Origin: an uncultured Planctomycetia bacterium | GTDB lineage: Bacteria; Omnitrophota; Gorgyraeia; Duberdicusellales; 4484-171 | Direction of reading: 5' to 3' | Length of the DNA stretch: 55,553 bases | NCBI GenBank assembly: GCA_964455085.1 | Contig: CAYVYJ010000001.1 | Location: 84,475 to 140,027, forward strand | Program-made: the position numbers and the translations under genes | Shown: piece by piece, positions 27,345 through 37,948 of the stretch | How the letters are laid out: each line of letters opens with the position of its first letter | How positions within the stretch are numbered: the stretch's first letter is position 1 | Notes under the pieces: generated by a model | Told to the model about the DNA's origin: nothing | Seen by the model: only the letters and a program-made list of their open reading frames with translations | Databases searched by the model: none

Positions 27345-28376
27345 CTACCCTATTAGTTTGGCGATATTTTTAGTAAACGGTGGCTTAATTATCCCTCGAT
27401 CACTGACAATAGCCGTAATTAACTTACTTGGAGTTACATCAAAAGCCGGGTTATAAACATCCATCTTAGGCGGGGCAATATAGACTTTATTTAACGGCTT
27501 CCTTATCTCATCTTTATTCCTCTCTTCAATCGGGATAGATTTACCGTTCTTAAGCTTTAAATCAAAACTGCTAAAAGGGGCAACCACATAAAAAGGAACC
27601 TTATGATAGCGGGCTAAAACTGCTAAACCATAAGTACCAATCTTATTGGCAGCATCACCATTAGCTACAATCCTATCGGCTCCGAGGAATATCTTATCAA
27701 TTTTCCCTTGGGCCATTAAAGCTGCCGCCATATTGTCACAGATAACAGTTGTAGGAACTCCTCTTTTGGTTAACTCCCAGGCGCTAAGGCGTGAGCCTTG
27801 CAGCAGGGGCCGGGTCTCATCAGCATATACCTTTATATTCTTATAGAGCTTATAAGCTTTATAAATAACCGCCAAAGCTGTACCATCTCCGGAAGTAGCT
27901 AAAAATCCGGCGTTGCAGTGAGTTAGGATTCTATCGCCTTTTTTTACCAGTTTAACTCCATGATCAGCCAGACGCTCACAAAGCAAGATATCTTCCTGAT
28001 GGATTAGCTTAGCTTCTTTTAAAATTATTCCTTTTATCTGACTAACACTCTTATTTTTATTTTTTGATACAGCTCTTTCTAATCTCTCTAAAGCCCAGGC
28101 TAAATTAACTGCTGTGGGCCGGCAGGATTTAAGATAAGTTAAAGTTTTTTTAAACTCCCGCAGAAACTTCCTCTTACCCAAAGCTTTACTCTTAAGTTCT
28201 AAGTAAAGACAATAGGCAGCAAAGACTCCGATTAAAGGAGCGCCGCGCACTTGCAACTCCTTCATCGCTTTATAGCCGCTTGCCTTGCCCCGGCATTGGC
28301 GCCAAACCTCGTTTAAGGGCAGCTGGGTCTGATCAAGATAGAATAATTGTTTATTTTTAAATTTTATCGAACGCAT
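27345..28376 (-). CDS. mtnA: S-methyl-5-thioribose-1-phosphate isomerase (eIF-2B-related family)
   Basis: LDQTQLP, VRGAPLIG and the late GADRI.ANGD motif; 343 aa. Confidence 0.82.
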   Translation of the reverse strand: MRSIKFKNKQLFYLDQTQLPLNEVWRQCRGKASGYKAMKELQVRGAPLIGVFAAYCLYLELKSKALGKRKFLREFKKTLTYLKSCRPTAVNLAWALERLERAVSKNKNKSVSQIKGIILKEAKLIHQEDILLCERLADHGVKLVKKGDRILTHCNAGFLATSGDGTALAVIYKAYKLYKNIKVYADETRPLLQGSRLSAWELTKRGVPTTVICDNMAAALMAQGKIDKIFLGADRIVANGDAANKIGTYGLAVLARYHKVPFYVVAPFSSFDLKLKNGKSIPIEERNKDEIRKPLNKVYIAPPKMDVYNPAFDVTPSKLITAIVSDRGIIKPPFTKNIAKLIG

Positions 28377-29140
28377 TAGCTACTTACCTCCCTTAAAATC
28401 TTAGGAAATAACTTCCCAAGATTAGAATAAACTGCCCCTTCCAACGCCTCTGGTTTAATTCCCTTAATCTCAGCTGCGGCTGAATAAGTTTGCACAATAT
28501 CTAAAGGGGTCGAAGGTTTACCCTTTATCCGCATATAAGGCGAATCAGTCTCAAGCAGTAACTTATCTAGAGGGCAGCTTTTTAATGCATCAATAATATT
28601 GGCTTTGTGACGCAGGATATTAAGTGAAAAAGAGACATAACCTCCGCGGGCAATAATCTTAGTTAAAAACTCTTTATCGTATGAAAAACAGTGAAGAACA
28701 ACCTTCTGGTAATTGGATAAATGCTTATCGAGAACGCTTAAAATTTTGGTATCTGGCCAGCGGTTATGCAAAATAATTGGCAGGTGTTTGGATTCTGCCA
28801 GTTGCAAAAAGTGAGCTAAGACAGTTTCTTGTTTCTCAGCCGAGATTGTAGCTGTGTTATCCAAACCGATTTCACCGACAGCTATTACTTTTCTGTTCTG
28901 ATCAATCAGCTCCCCATAATCCTCAACTATTGAAGAAGAGAAATCTTCAGCCGAGAAAGGATGATAGCCTAAGGAACTAAAGATAAAACTATACTGCCGG
29001 GAGAGCTCTACTGAAAGCTTGGCGCTATTTAAATCAATGGCTGAATCAATAAAACAATAATTACTACTGGAAGCAGAGATTACTTCTTCTCTGGTAATCT
29101 TAGAAAGTGTATTCAGATGGCAGTGTGTATCAATCAACAT
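28376..29140 (-). CDS. tatD: TatD-family metal-dependent hydrolase
   Basis: N-terminal IDTHCHL, plus GEIGLD and ETDSPY motifs. It follows metG directly, as in many genomes. Confidence 0.88.
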   Translation of the reverse strand: MLIDTHCHLNTLSKITREEVISASSSNYCFIDSAIDLNSAKLSVELSRQYSFIFSSLGYHPFSAEDFSSSIVEDYGELIDQNRKVIAVGEIGLDNTATISAEKQETVLAHFLQLAESKHLPIILHNRWPDTKILSVLDKHLSNYQKVVLHCFSYDKEFLTKIIARGGYVSFSLNILRHKANIIDALKSCPLDKLLLETDSPYMRIKGKPSTPLDIVQTYSAAAEIKGIKPEALEGAVYSNLGKLFPKILREVSS

Positions 29141-30680
29141 CTATCCGCGGGAAAAGTGGTGGTTCTTTACTTATTGAAAAACTTCTCACCCCGCCCCAGG
29201 CTGTATTATCTAAGTGCGGGGAATCTAATTTTAATCCTAACTGTCGATATATTGACTCACTAACTTTCGGCATAACCGGATAAATATAAACAGCGATAAT
29301 CCGAATCCCCTCACAAAGTTGATAAAGGAACTGCTTAATTTCATCGACTTTTTTCTCCTTAAACAGGGCCCAAGGTTTAGTATCTTCAATATACTTATTG
29401 ATTACCCGGATAAAAGTAAAAATCTCCTCCAGTGCTAAAGAAAACTCAATCCTATCCAGATGAAGACTATATTTTTTACTAAGGTCTTCCAAGCAGGGAT
29501 TAAACTCTAAAGGAGCTGATGAGGAGGCTGAAACCTCACCTTCAAGATATTTCTCAGCCATATTAAGAGTGCGAAAGACTAAATTACCTAAATCATTAGC
29601 CAAATCAGAGTTAATCCTGTTTACCAGAGCCGGCCAAGAAAAACTTCCGTCAGAACCGACAGGAACTTCTCGAAGCAGAAAATAACGCAAGGCATCTACA
29701 GCTACTGCTTGATTATTACCTAAAGATTCACTTAAAGCTGAAAGCAACTCCAAAGGATTAACAATATTTCCCCGGGATTTAGATATCTTCTCCTCACCTT
29801 TCTGCCACCAACCATGGGCAAAGACCATCTTTGACGGCTCAATACCAGCTGCTTTTAACATTATCGGCCAGAATATTGCATGGTGTCTTAGGATATCTTT
29901 GCCAATAAAGTGGATATCAGCCGGCCAGAGCTGTTTAAACTTACTCGTATCCCAGTAGCAACCTACCCCGCTGATATAATTAATCAAAGCATCAAACCAG
30001 ACATAGACTACATAGTTATTATCAAGCGGAAAATCTATACCCCAAGATACCCTCTTCTTAGGCCGGGAGATGCAAAGGTCAGCTAAAGGATGATTATTTA
30101 AGAACCCGATTACTTCATTGTAACGTATCTGCGGTCGAATAAAAGAAGGGTTGGCTTTAAGGTGGTCTTTTAACCACTGCTCATACTTTGAGAGCTTGAA
30201 AAAATAATTCTCTTCTTCTATCTCCTCTACCGGGCGCTTGCATTCCGGACAGCCGCCAGCTTCCTTGGTCTGTGACTCGGTCCAAAAAGACTCACAGGGA
30301 ACACAGTAGAAAGCTTTATACTTATCTTTATAAATGTCTCCCTTCTTATCTAAGGTAGTTATAACTTTTTGAACAACCTTGATGTGAAAATCATCGGTGG
30401 TGCGGATGAAAAAATCATAAGAGATATTAAGCTTCGACCATAAGTCTTTAAAGATCTCCACCCCTTGATCGACAAAAGCTTTAACTTCGCGATTGAGAGA
30501 AGTTGCTGCCTGTTTTATCTTCTCGCCATGCTCATCAGTGCCGGTAAGATAAAAAACCTTATCTTTCTTCATTCGCCGATAACGAGAGATACTATCAGCT
30601 ATAATGCTAGTATAGGCGTGGCCAATATGGGGACTGGCATTTACATAGTAGATAGGAGTAGTGAGATAGAACTTATTCAT
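29130..30680 (-). CDS. metG: Methionine--tRNA ligase (short form, no C-terminal tRNA-binding domain)
   Basis: HIGH (HIGHAYT), KMSKS (KISKSRGN) and zinc knuckles (CVPCE...CPECK). Confidence 0.95.
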   Translation of the reverse strand: MNKFYLTTPIYYVNASPHIGHAYTSIIADSISRYRRMKKDKVFYLTGTDEHGEKIKQAATSLNREVKAFVDQGVEIFKDLWSKLNISYDFFIRTTDDFHIKVVQKVITTLDKKGDIYKDKYKAFYCVPCESFWTESQTKEAGGCPECKRPVEEIEEENYFFKLSKYEQWLKDHLKANPSFIRPQIRYNEVIGFLNNHPLADLCISRPKKRVSWGIDFPLDNNYVVYVWFDALINYISGVGCYWDTSKFKQLWPADIHFIGKDILRHHAIFWPIMLKAAGIEPSKMVFAHGWWQKGEEKISKSRGNIVNPLELLSALSESLGNNQAVAVDALRYFLLREVPVGSDGSFSWPALVNRINSDLANDLGNLVFRTLNMAEKYLEGEVSASSSAPLEFNPCLEDLSKKYSLHLDRIEFSLALEEIFTFIRVINKYIEDTKPWALFKEKKVDEIKQFLYQLCEGIRIIAVYIYPVMPKVSESIYRQLGLKLDSPHLDNTAWGGVRSFSISKEPPLFPRIDVD

Positions 30681-31467
30681 TGGTTTTAAAGATTACTTTC
30701 TCAATCCGGCCGTCTTCTAACTCAACGTAAGCTAAACGCTTGAGGACATTTACCGAGATGACCTTGCCTCTTCCCTGTGGTGAATCTATGGTCTGCCCTT
30801 CCTTGGGCAGCCCCTTAGACAGTTCCCGATAGTTCTTGAACTCATAAGAAAGACAACACATTAACCTTCCGCAGATTCCAGAAATCTTCCCCGAGCTTAA
30901 AGGGAGCCTTTGAGTCTTAGCCATCTTCATGCTTACCGGCTCAAAAGATTTTAAATAGCGCATACAGCATAACTTTTGACCGCAGGGGCCGACCCCGCCA
31001 AAGATTCGGGCTTCATCCCTTACTCCGATCTGACGCATCTCAATACGAATTTTAAATACCTTTGCCAGCTCCTTAACTAACTCCCGAAAATCTACCCTTC
31101 CTTCAGAGGTAAAGTAAAAGACGATCTTCTTTTTATCAAATGAGTACTCACCATCGACTAATTTCATCGCCAGTTTATACTCCCGAATTTTACGGGAACA
31201 TAATTGCATAGCATCTTTAGCTTCCTGCTCGTTAATTTTTATCTGTTTTAAATCCTCAAGGGACAACTTACGTACTATACTCTTAATTGCCCTATCTTTG
31301 GTATCGGCCTTGGGGTGAAAATTAACATCATTAATTTCAACAACTTCACCGTAGTCAACACCCCGGTCAGCTTCGACAACCACATAATCATGAACATTTA
31401 TCTGCTGGGATACTTGATAAGTCATAATTTGGCCGGCCTCTCTTAATCTTACTGAAGCAACTCTCAT
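30673..31467 (-). CDS. PSP1-domain protein (RicT/YaaT-like)
   Basis: PSP1 C-terminal domain with conserved cysteines (GPCGQKLCC...GRLMCCL), placed after holB as in Bacillus (holB-yaaT). Confidence 0.85.
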   Translation of the reverse strand: MRVASVRLREAGQIMTYQVSQQINVHDYVVVEADRGVDYGEVVEINDVNFHPKADTKDRAIKSIVRKLSLEDLKQIKINEQEAKDAMQLCSRKIREYKLAMKLVDGEYSFDKKKIVFYFTSEGRVDFRELVKELAKVFKIRIEMRQIGVRDEARIFGGVGPCGQKLCCMRYLKSFEPVSMKMAKTQRLPLSSGKISGICGRLMCCLSYEFKNYRELSKGLPKEGQTIDSPQGRGKVISVNVLKRLAYVELEDGRIEKVIFKTNE

Positions 31468-31491
31468 CTTTTAATTATCCTTGATTTTTAC

Positions 31492-32277
31492 CTAACTTAG
31501 TCTTAGGCGGATTAAATTAAGGGCTAAATTCATATTTACACTCTTATAGACTGCGTAAATCTTCAAAATATCCTTTAAAATGCTATCGATTTTATCTAGG
31601 GAATAAGAACTTACGATTATCTCACTTTCTCGGTTGCCCGACAACTGATTATTTCGGGAATCAACTTTAGCCAGTAAACCCCGACGTAAGACTAAAACTA
31701 AGGCCCAAAGAAAGTCGGGAAACTTCTTCCGGTCGCTGAAGCGAATATCCTCACCGCCTAAGAACCTAAGAGCAGACTCCTCAGATAAGCTATCTACTGG
31801 GCTAGACTTAGGAGGCAGGAAGATCTTGCGGCAACGGGAAATTATGGTGGGAAGCACCCCTTCAAGCTTAGATGTAGTGATAGCCATAAAAGAATGTTTG
31901 GGCGGCTCCTCTAAAGTTTTAAGAAAAGCATTGGCTGCTGCCGGGGTTAAATTTTGAGCCTCTCTTATAATCATGATTTTATTCTTAAGCCGGAAACTCT
32001 TTAGCGACAGAAAACGCATCCCCTCTCTAACCGCTTCAATCTTGATATTGAATCCATCGGGCTCAACTGTAAATAGATCAGGGTGATTGCCGGATTCAAT
32101 TCCCTTACAATCCCAGCAACTGCCACAAAAATATGAGTCTTGAGGGCAGCTAATTAATTTTACGATATCAGGAATTAAGGAAGTATCTTCACCAATGAAA
32201 AGATAGGAGGTACCTAAGAGTTCTCGTTTCTTGAGAATCTGGAAGTAGTTTAATAAATCCTGGCTCAAAATGCGCAC
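31492..32277 (-). CDS. holB: DNA polymerase III delta-prime subunit
   Basis: ANAFLKTLEEPP motif and SRC (IISRCRK) motif. It lies downstream of tmk. Confidence 0.8.
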   Translation of the reverse strand: MRILSQDLLNYFQILKKRELLGTSYLFIGEDTSLIPDIVKLISCPQDSYFCGSCWDCKGIESGNHPDLFTVEPDGFNIKIEAVREGMRFLSLKSFRLKNKIMIIREAQNLTPAAANAFLKTLEEPPKHSFMAITTSKLEGVLPTIISRCRKIFLPPKSSPVDSLSEESALRFLGGEDIRFSDRKKFPDFLWALVLVLRRGLLAKVDSRNNQLSGNRESEIIVSSYSLDKIDSILKDILKIYAVYKSVNMNLALNLIRLRLS

Positions 32278-32876
32278 CTCAGAATCTTAGTAACTTTTTT
32301 CTTGATTTGATCTAAACTGGTATTAGCATTAATTATTTTAACTCTTTGAGGATATTTTTTTCCCAGTTGTAAGTAACCATTGCGCAGTCGCTTATGAAAG
32401 ATCAAAGCCCTTGATTCAATACGGTCCTTAGTTTTTAACCTGGCTAAACCCACTCCTGGCGGCGCATCAAGGACTAAGGTCAGATTAGGAACTAAGCCGA
32501 GTGAAAACATCTTAACTGATTTCTCAACAATCTTACCCAGCCTTAAGCCAAAACCCTGGTAGACTAAAGTTGAATCAAAAAAACGATCGCAAATAATAAA
32601 ATCGTACTTTTCTAAATCTTTGGTTAACTTCTCCTCAATCAGCTGGGTCCGGGCAGCAAGGTAGAGAAGCAACTCAGTGTGAGCTGATAGCTTCTTATTC
32701 TTCTTATCCAGAAGAATTTTTCTGATCTTCTCACCAACCTTGGTTGAACCTGGCTCACGATAGACTTTAAAAGAGTGCTTCCTCTCTTTTAAGAGTTTAC
32801 CAATAAACTTAATAATACTACTCTTGCCGCTACCTTCTAAACCTTCAATGGTAATAAAATAAGCTTTACGTTTCAT
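32265..32876 (-). CDS. tmk: Thymidylate kinase
   Basis: P-loop EGLEGSGKS and DRFFDSTLVYQG. Confidence 0.92.
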   Translation of the reverse strand: MKRKAYFITIEGLEGSGKSSIIKFIGKLLKERKHSFKVYREPGSTKVGEKIRKILLDKKNKKLSAHTELLLYLAARTQLIEEKLTKDLEKYDFIICDRFFDSTLVYQGFGLRLGKIVEKSVKMFSLGLVPNLTLVLDAPPGVGLARLKTKDRIESRALIFHKRLRNGYLQLGKKYPQRVKIINANTSLDQIKKKVTKILRCAF

Positions 32877-32878
32877 TT

Positions 32879-34291
32879 TTAGTTATTTTCCTCAGGTAAT
32901 TTTTTTGCTACAAACATCGTAGAGGCAGAAGAATCAGTAACGTAATATGGCGATTCATCTTCGATTTCTTTCCTTATCAGATCTGCTGTCTTAAAATCTT
33001 TTCGCTCTCTGGCCCCTAACCTTTTTTTAGCTAATTTCAGCCATTTAGATGATATATTCTCTTTCAACTTCAGCTTAAGCCCAAATATCTTGAAAAAAAC
33101 TTCTAATTTCGACTTAATATAATTAAAAGCTGCTTCTTTATCAGAAGATAAAAAACCAGAGCCTAAATCAATTAATTCAAACAAACTAGCTAAAGCCCGA
33201 GGTGTATTAAAATCATCATCCATTGCTTGATGAAACCTCACGCAAGCAGCATCTATCTTATCGATATCTTCTTTTGGTGTGGCAGTTTTTGCCCTTGATA
33301 TTCGTAAATTAGTTTTATCAAAAAAATCATAAAAACTTTTTTTCTGCTTTTTAACTTCTTCGATTTTTTCTTGGTTATAATCTATCGAGTGTGAATAATG
33401 GGCCGATAAAAAGAATAATTTTAATAAATCGGAATCTCTATACTGATCGATAAAGTTTTGAATCGTAACAAAATTACCTAAAGATTTGGCCATCTTCTGT
33501 TTATCAATGGTTAGCAGGCCGTGATGTATCCAGTAATTGGCAAAGGTCTTAGTAGTTAGGCTTTCAGCCTGAGCACGCTCATTCTCATGGTGAGGAAAGA
33601 TTAAGTCTCTTCCTCCGCCGTGAATATCTAAGGTATCGGTCCTTAAAAACTTCTGGCTCATTACCGAACATTCAATATGCCAACCTGGCCTACCCTTACC
33701 CCAGGGACTGGGCCAGGAGGGTTCACCTCCCTTAGCCTTCTTCCAAAGGGCAAAATCTAAAGCATCAACTTTAGCTTCATCACTCTTAATCCTTACTCCT
33801 TCCTGCATCTGGTCAACACTTTGACCGGAAAGTTTACCGTAACCTTTAAATTTACGGACGCTGAAATATACACCGGACTCAGTAACATAAGCATAACCCT
33901 TATCAATCAACCCTTTGATATATTTAACCATATCTTTTATATTTTCGGTAGCCCGGGGTTCGCGATCAGCCTTGCTGATGCCTAAAACCTTTAAATCCTT
34001 GTAATATCCAGCTATATGTTTGCTGACTAAGTTTTCCCAGCTGATATTTAATTCTTTTGCCCGGTTGATAATCTTATCGTCAATATCAGTGATATTTCTG
34101 ATAAACTTAACTTTATAGCCCCGATAGTTTAAATACCTCCGGATGACTTCAAAAACATAGAGACTTCGAGCATGCCCGATATGACACTGATCATAGACAG
34201 TAACCCCGCAAGTATACATCTTTACTGTCTGGGCCATCTTAGGTACAAAAGGCTCTTTGCTCTTAGTTAAAGAGTTAAATATTTTTAGCAT
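32879..34291 (-). CDS. cysS: Cysteine--tRNA ligase
   Basis: HIGH (HIGHARS) and KMSKS (KMAKSLGN); 470 aa. Confidence 0.95.
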   Translation of the reverse strand: MLKIFNSLTKSKEPFVPKMAQTVKMYTCGVTVYDQCHIGHARSLYVFEVIRRYLNYRGYKVKFIRNITDIDDKIINRAKELNISWENLVSKHIAGYYKDLKVLGISKADREPRATENIKDMVKYIKGLIDKGYAYVTESGVYFSVRKFKGYGKLSGQSVDQMQEGVRIKSDEAKVDALDFALWKKAKGGEPSWPSPWGKGRPGWHIECSVMSQKFLRTDTLDIHGGGRDLIFPHHENERAQAESLTTKTFANYWIHHGLLTIDKQKMAKSLGNFVTIQNFIDQYRDSDLLKLFFLSAHYSHSIDYNQEKIEEVKKQKKSFYDFFDKTNLRISRAKTATPKEDIDKIDAACVRFHQAMDDDFNTPRALASLFELIDLGSGFLSSDKEAAFNYIKSKLEVFFKIFGLKLKLKENISSKWLKLAKKRLGARERKDFKTADLIRKEIEDESPYYVTDSSASTMFVAKKLPEENN

Positions 34292-34292
34292 C

Positions 34293-35453
34293 TTATGAAC
34301 ATCCCTGTTTTTTTAAACTGGCAAAAGCAAAGCAACTAATACTGTTCCTTCCACCCAAAATATCCAAGCCTTCCTTGGACTTAAGTTTGACATTCACGCT
34401 TGACAAAGAGAGAATCTTCCTCAAAGAAGCAGTAATTTTTCTCTTGTAAGGAAAGAGTCGCGGTTTATCAGTAATAATAATTACATCGAGATTGCCAATC
34501 CTAAACTGCTTATTGATTTTGCCTAAGATAAACTCAACTATACTCCGGCTATCAATACCTGCTGATTTTTTATCCTGGGGCGGAAAATAATCCCCGATAT
34601 CTCCTAAGCCCGTGGCACCGCATAAAGCATCACTTACAGCATGTAGCACTACATCGCCGTCTGATACCGCCACAAGACCAAAAACAGAGGGAATTTTAAC
34701 CCCTGCCAGGATTAAATCCTTTCTGCTTCGATTAATCCGGTGGACATCAAAACCTAAACCTGTCCTATAGTCTTCCCGGGCTATTTCCTTAGCCAACTTT
34801 AAATCCTCAGGGTAAGTGAGCTTAAAATTTAAGCCTTCTCCCTTGATCATCTTAACCGGCTTACCCATAGCCTCAACCATTTGAGCCTCATCAGTAAACT
34901 GACTATTTAGCCGGTTAAGTTTTCTCACCCTAAACCTTTTATAAGCCTTAAGTATTACCTCGCGCCTAAACCCTTGAGGGGTCTGGGCAAAATAAACATC
35001 TTCCCGGGAAAGAGTCTTTTTAATAACCCCCTGTTTTACTAATTTTAAAGTATCAGGACACTTTAACCCGCAGATTACTGCTGGATATTTCTTTAGCTCT
35101 TTTAAAATATTAAGGACTAACTGTTTAGTTACAAAAGGTCGGGCTGCGTCATGGATAAGGACCTGATCTATGCCTTCACTTAAAGCAGATAAACCGTTAA
35201 ATACTGAATCAATTCTTTTTGCTCCTCCGGCTACTAAAGTAATATTATTGCCTTTAATATTCTTCCTGGTTAAAGGAAAATTACTTTTTCGCAAGACCAA
35301 AACAATCTGCTTTATGCCTTTTATACTTTGAAAGGTCTTAAGGCTCTTATAAAAAAGGGGTTCCCCTTCTAATTTTAAAGTAGCTTTATCCCCTTTAGCT
35401 AATCTCACCCCCCGACCAGCTGCAACTATTACTATACCGATACCCGAAGCCAT
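34293..35453 (-). CDS. ispDF: Bifunctional IspD/IspF (MEP cytidylyltransferase / MEcPP synthase)
   Basis: IspD motif AAGRGVRL and IspF motifs GLGFDVHR, SDGDVVLHA. I prefer the ATG at 35453 (MASGIGIVIVAAG) to the upstream GTG at 35513, which overlaps the preceding gene. Confidence 0.92.
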   Translation of the reverse strand: MASGIGIVIVAAGRGVRLAKGDKATLKLEGEPLFYKSLKTFQSIKGIKQIVLVLRKSNFPLTRKNIKGNNITLVAGGAKRIDSVFNGLSALSEGIDQVLIHDAARPFVTKQLVLNILKELKKYPAVICGLKCPDTLKLVKQGVIKKTLSREDVYFAQTPQGFRREVILKAYKRFRVRKLNRLNSQFTDEAQMVEAMGKPVKMIKGEGLNFKLTYPEDLKLAKEIAREDYRTGLGFDVHRINRSRKDLILAGVKIPSVFGLVAVSDGDVVLHAVSDALCGATGLGDIGDYFPPQDKKSAGIDSRSIVEFILGKINKQFRIGNLDVIIITDKPRLFPYKRKITASLRKILSLSSVNVKLKSKEGLDILGGRNSISCFAFASLKKQGCS

Positions 35454-35472
35454 CTTAAGTTTTAGACCCCCT

Positions 35473-36468
35473 CTACTTATTATTAGCCAGTTTGGTAAAG
35501 ATGATTCTACCACTGGAGCTTTGTAATATTGAAGTAACTTCGATGTTTACAGTCTTACCTACCAGACGCCGTGCATTCTCAACCACCACCATAGTCCCGT
35601 CTTCTAAGTATCCTACGGCTTGATTATGCTCTTTGCCTTCCTTAATCAGCTTAAGCGAAAACTTCTTCCCGGCGATAAAAGTCGGCTTCAAAGCATTAGC
35701 AAGATCGTTGATGTTTAAAACCTTTACACCTTGGAGCTGAGCAATGCGATTTAAATTATAGTCGGTAGTCAAAACTTCAGCGTCCAGGGTCTGGGCTAGC
35801 TTTATAATCTTCTCATCAACGCTCTTCACGCTCTCCACATTGTGGTCCGAGACTTCCACCTCGATATTTGGTTCCTTCTTTAGAGAATGAAGAATTTCAA
35901 TGCCCCTTTTCCCCTTTTGCCGTTTCATGTGGTCGGTAGAATCAGCTAAAGCCTGCAGCTCATTGAGAACAAAACGGGGAATAGTAAGTTTTGCTTCGAC
36001 GAATCCGGTCTTTACAATATCAAGAATTCTTCCGTCAATAATACTACTGGTGTCAACAACAATTATTTCTTCCCTCTGACTCTGGCGCTTAAGTTTAACA
36101 TAAGGGATTACCAAACTGAACTCATCTTTTCCCTTAATTCCTAAGGTAAGCCCCAGATAAACAAATACAAAAGTAACAAATAGCTTAATATGCTGAATAA
36201 TCTCAGTAGGAAAATCTTCAGGAAAATGGAATTGATCCAGGGTCACACCGAATATCCAGGCAATTACCAAGCCGAGCATTATCCCAAACACGGCACTGGA
36301 GAGCCCCTTTAAGGAGACCCGACGGCTAAAAGCTTCAAAACAGACCACTATGGTCCCGATCAAAAAACCCAGGCCTGCATAGAAAAAAGGATTAACCCCT
36401 CCTAAAGAATAACCGATACCGGTAAAAATAAGGACAAAAAATACTCTTAAAAAAAATAAAGCAACCAT
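35473..36468 (-). CDS. Membrane-anchored PIN/TRAM domain protein (YacL-like)
   Basis: Four N-terminal TM segments, a PIN domain (VVDTSSIIDGR) and a C-terminal TRAM-like beta domain. It occupies the same position as B. subtilis yacL, between radA and ispD. Confidence 0.82.
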   Translation of the reverse strand: MVALFFLRVFFVLIFTGIGYSLGGVNPFFYAGLGFLIGTIVVCFEAFSRRVSLKGLSSAVFGIMLGLVIAWIFGVTLDQFHFPEDFPTEIIQHIKLFVTFVFVYLGLTLGIKGKDEFSLVIPYVKLKRQSQREEIIVVDTSSIIDGRILDIVKTGFVEAKLTIPRFVLNELQALADSTDHMKRQKGKRGIEILHSLKKEPNIEVEVSDHNVESVKSVDEKIIKLAQTLDAEVLTTDYNLNRIAQLQGVKVLNINDLANALKPTFIAGKKFSLKLIKEGKEHNQAVGYLEDGTMVVVENARRLVGKTVNIEVTSILQSSSGRIIFTKLANNK

Positions 36469-36569
36469 AAAAACCTCCTCAATGAGACGTTCCCGACACT
36501 AGTCGGGATTAGTCGAATTGATACTGCGGTCATGAAATGACCGAAGTATCTTATTTAAACCTACCAGAG

Positions 36570-37907
36570 TTACTTAAACACATCTTTAACCACTTCCTTC
36601 AAAGTTGAAAAACCAGACACCTTAAGGTTTAATTTTTTATCCACCTCCTTTAGATTAACCTCAGGAATCATGCACTGTTTAAATCCGCTTCGCTCGACCT
36701 CTTTTAACCTTAGATTTATATTATTAATTCTTCTTAACTCTCCGGCCAGACCAATTTCCCCGATAAAAACCATACCCGAAGGTATGCTCTTTTCTCTAAA
36801 ACTGGAAATAATGGCCATGACTGCTCCTAAATCTGCTGCCGGATCATTTATCTTTAGGCCCCCGGCAACATTTAGAAAAACATCCTCACTAGATAAGGAA
36901 AGCTTTAACCTCTTTTCAATTATGGCAATCAGAAGAGAAAAACGATTAAAATCAAAACCGAGACTCCTTCGGCGGGCAATCCCGAAGTTTGCTCTACTGG
37001 CTAAGGATTGAAGTTCAATAAGCAGGGGTCTTAGGCCTTCGATAACACAAATCACACAGCTACCGGAAAAAGACTGCTCTCGATGGGGAAGAAAAATATC
37101 ATTTATCTTCTGAACCTCTTCTAAGCCGGTAGATTTCATCTCAAAGACAGCAATATCGCCGGTAGAACCAAACCGATTCTTTATCGACCGCAAAATCCGG
37201 TAATTTGAAAGAAATTCTCCCTCAAAGTATAAAACACAATCAACGATATGCTCCAGCAACTTTGGTCCGGCAATTGCTCCATCTTTGGTGACGTGACCAA
37301 CTACAAAGATAACTATGTCTTGAGACTTGGCAATCTGGGTAAGATAATCAGCACAGCCGCGAACCTGTGAGATGCTTCCCTTACTGCCTTCACAGGTTAA
37401 GGTGTGCACTACTTGAATCGAATCAATTACCACAAATTTAAACCCTTGGCTCTTAATGTATTCGAAGATATCCTCAAGCCTATCTTCACCGACAATATAG
37501 ATATTATCTAACTTGCTCTTACCCAACCTCTTAGCTCGCAAGCCGATCTGCTGAGGAGATTCCTCAGCACTAACATAAAGAGTCTTACCCTTGGTAGCTA
37601 GTTGTGAACTAACCTCAAGCAGGAGTGTAGACTTGCCTACTCCAGGAGCTCCGCCTACTAAGACTATCTCTCCGGCGATCAAACCGCCACCTAAAATTCG
37701 ATCAAACTCGACTAAACCGGTGGAAATTCTTTTAAAACCGCTGGGATCAATATCTTTAAGTAGCTGAGGTGGCTGCTTCTCTCTTAAGCGTTTCTTGGCC
37801 CCTTTTTTCTCTTCGATTTCTTGGGCAAAGGTCTCCCAGCCACCGCATAAGGGGCACTTACCTAACCATTTAATCGACTTATAACCACACTCAGAACAGC
37901 TAAACAT
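36570..37907 (-). CDS. radA: DNA repair protein RadA
   Basis: Zinc ribbon CSECGY..CPLCG, Walker A GAPGVGKST, the KNRFG motif and a Lon-protease-like C-terminus. Confidence 0.95.
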   Translation of the reverse strand: MFSCSECGYKSIKWLGKCPLCGGWETFAQEIEEKKGAKKRLREKQPPQLLKDIDPSGFKRISTGLVEFDRILGGGLIAGEIVLVGGAPGVGKSTLLLEVSSQLATKGKTLYVSAEESPQQIGLRAKRLGKSKLDNIYIVGEDRLEDIFEYIKSQGFKFVVIDSIQVVHTLTCEGSKGSISQVRGCADYLTQIAKSQDIVIFVVGHVTKDGAIAGPKLLEHIVDCVLYFEGEFLSNYRILRSIKNRFGSTGDIAVFEMKSTGLEEVQKINDIFLPHREQSFSGSCVICVIEGLRPLLIELQSLASRANFGIARRRSLGFDFNRFSLLIAIIEKRLKLSLSSEDVFLNVAGGLKINDPAADLGAVMAIISSFREKSIPSGMVFIGEIGLAGELRRINNINLRLKEVERSGFKQCMIPEVNLKEVDKKLNLKVSGFSTLKEVVKDVFK

Positions 37908-37948
37908 ACTTTTGGCGAGACGTTAGATTTAAGAAGACTTTTTTGCCC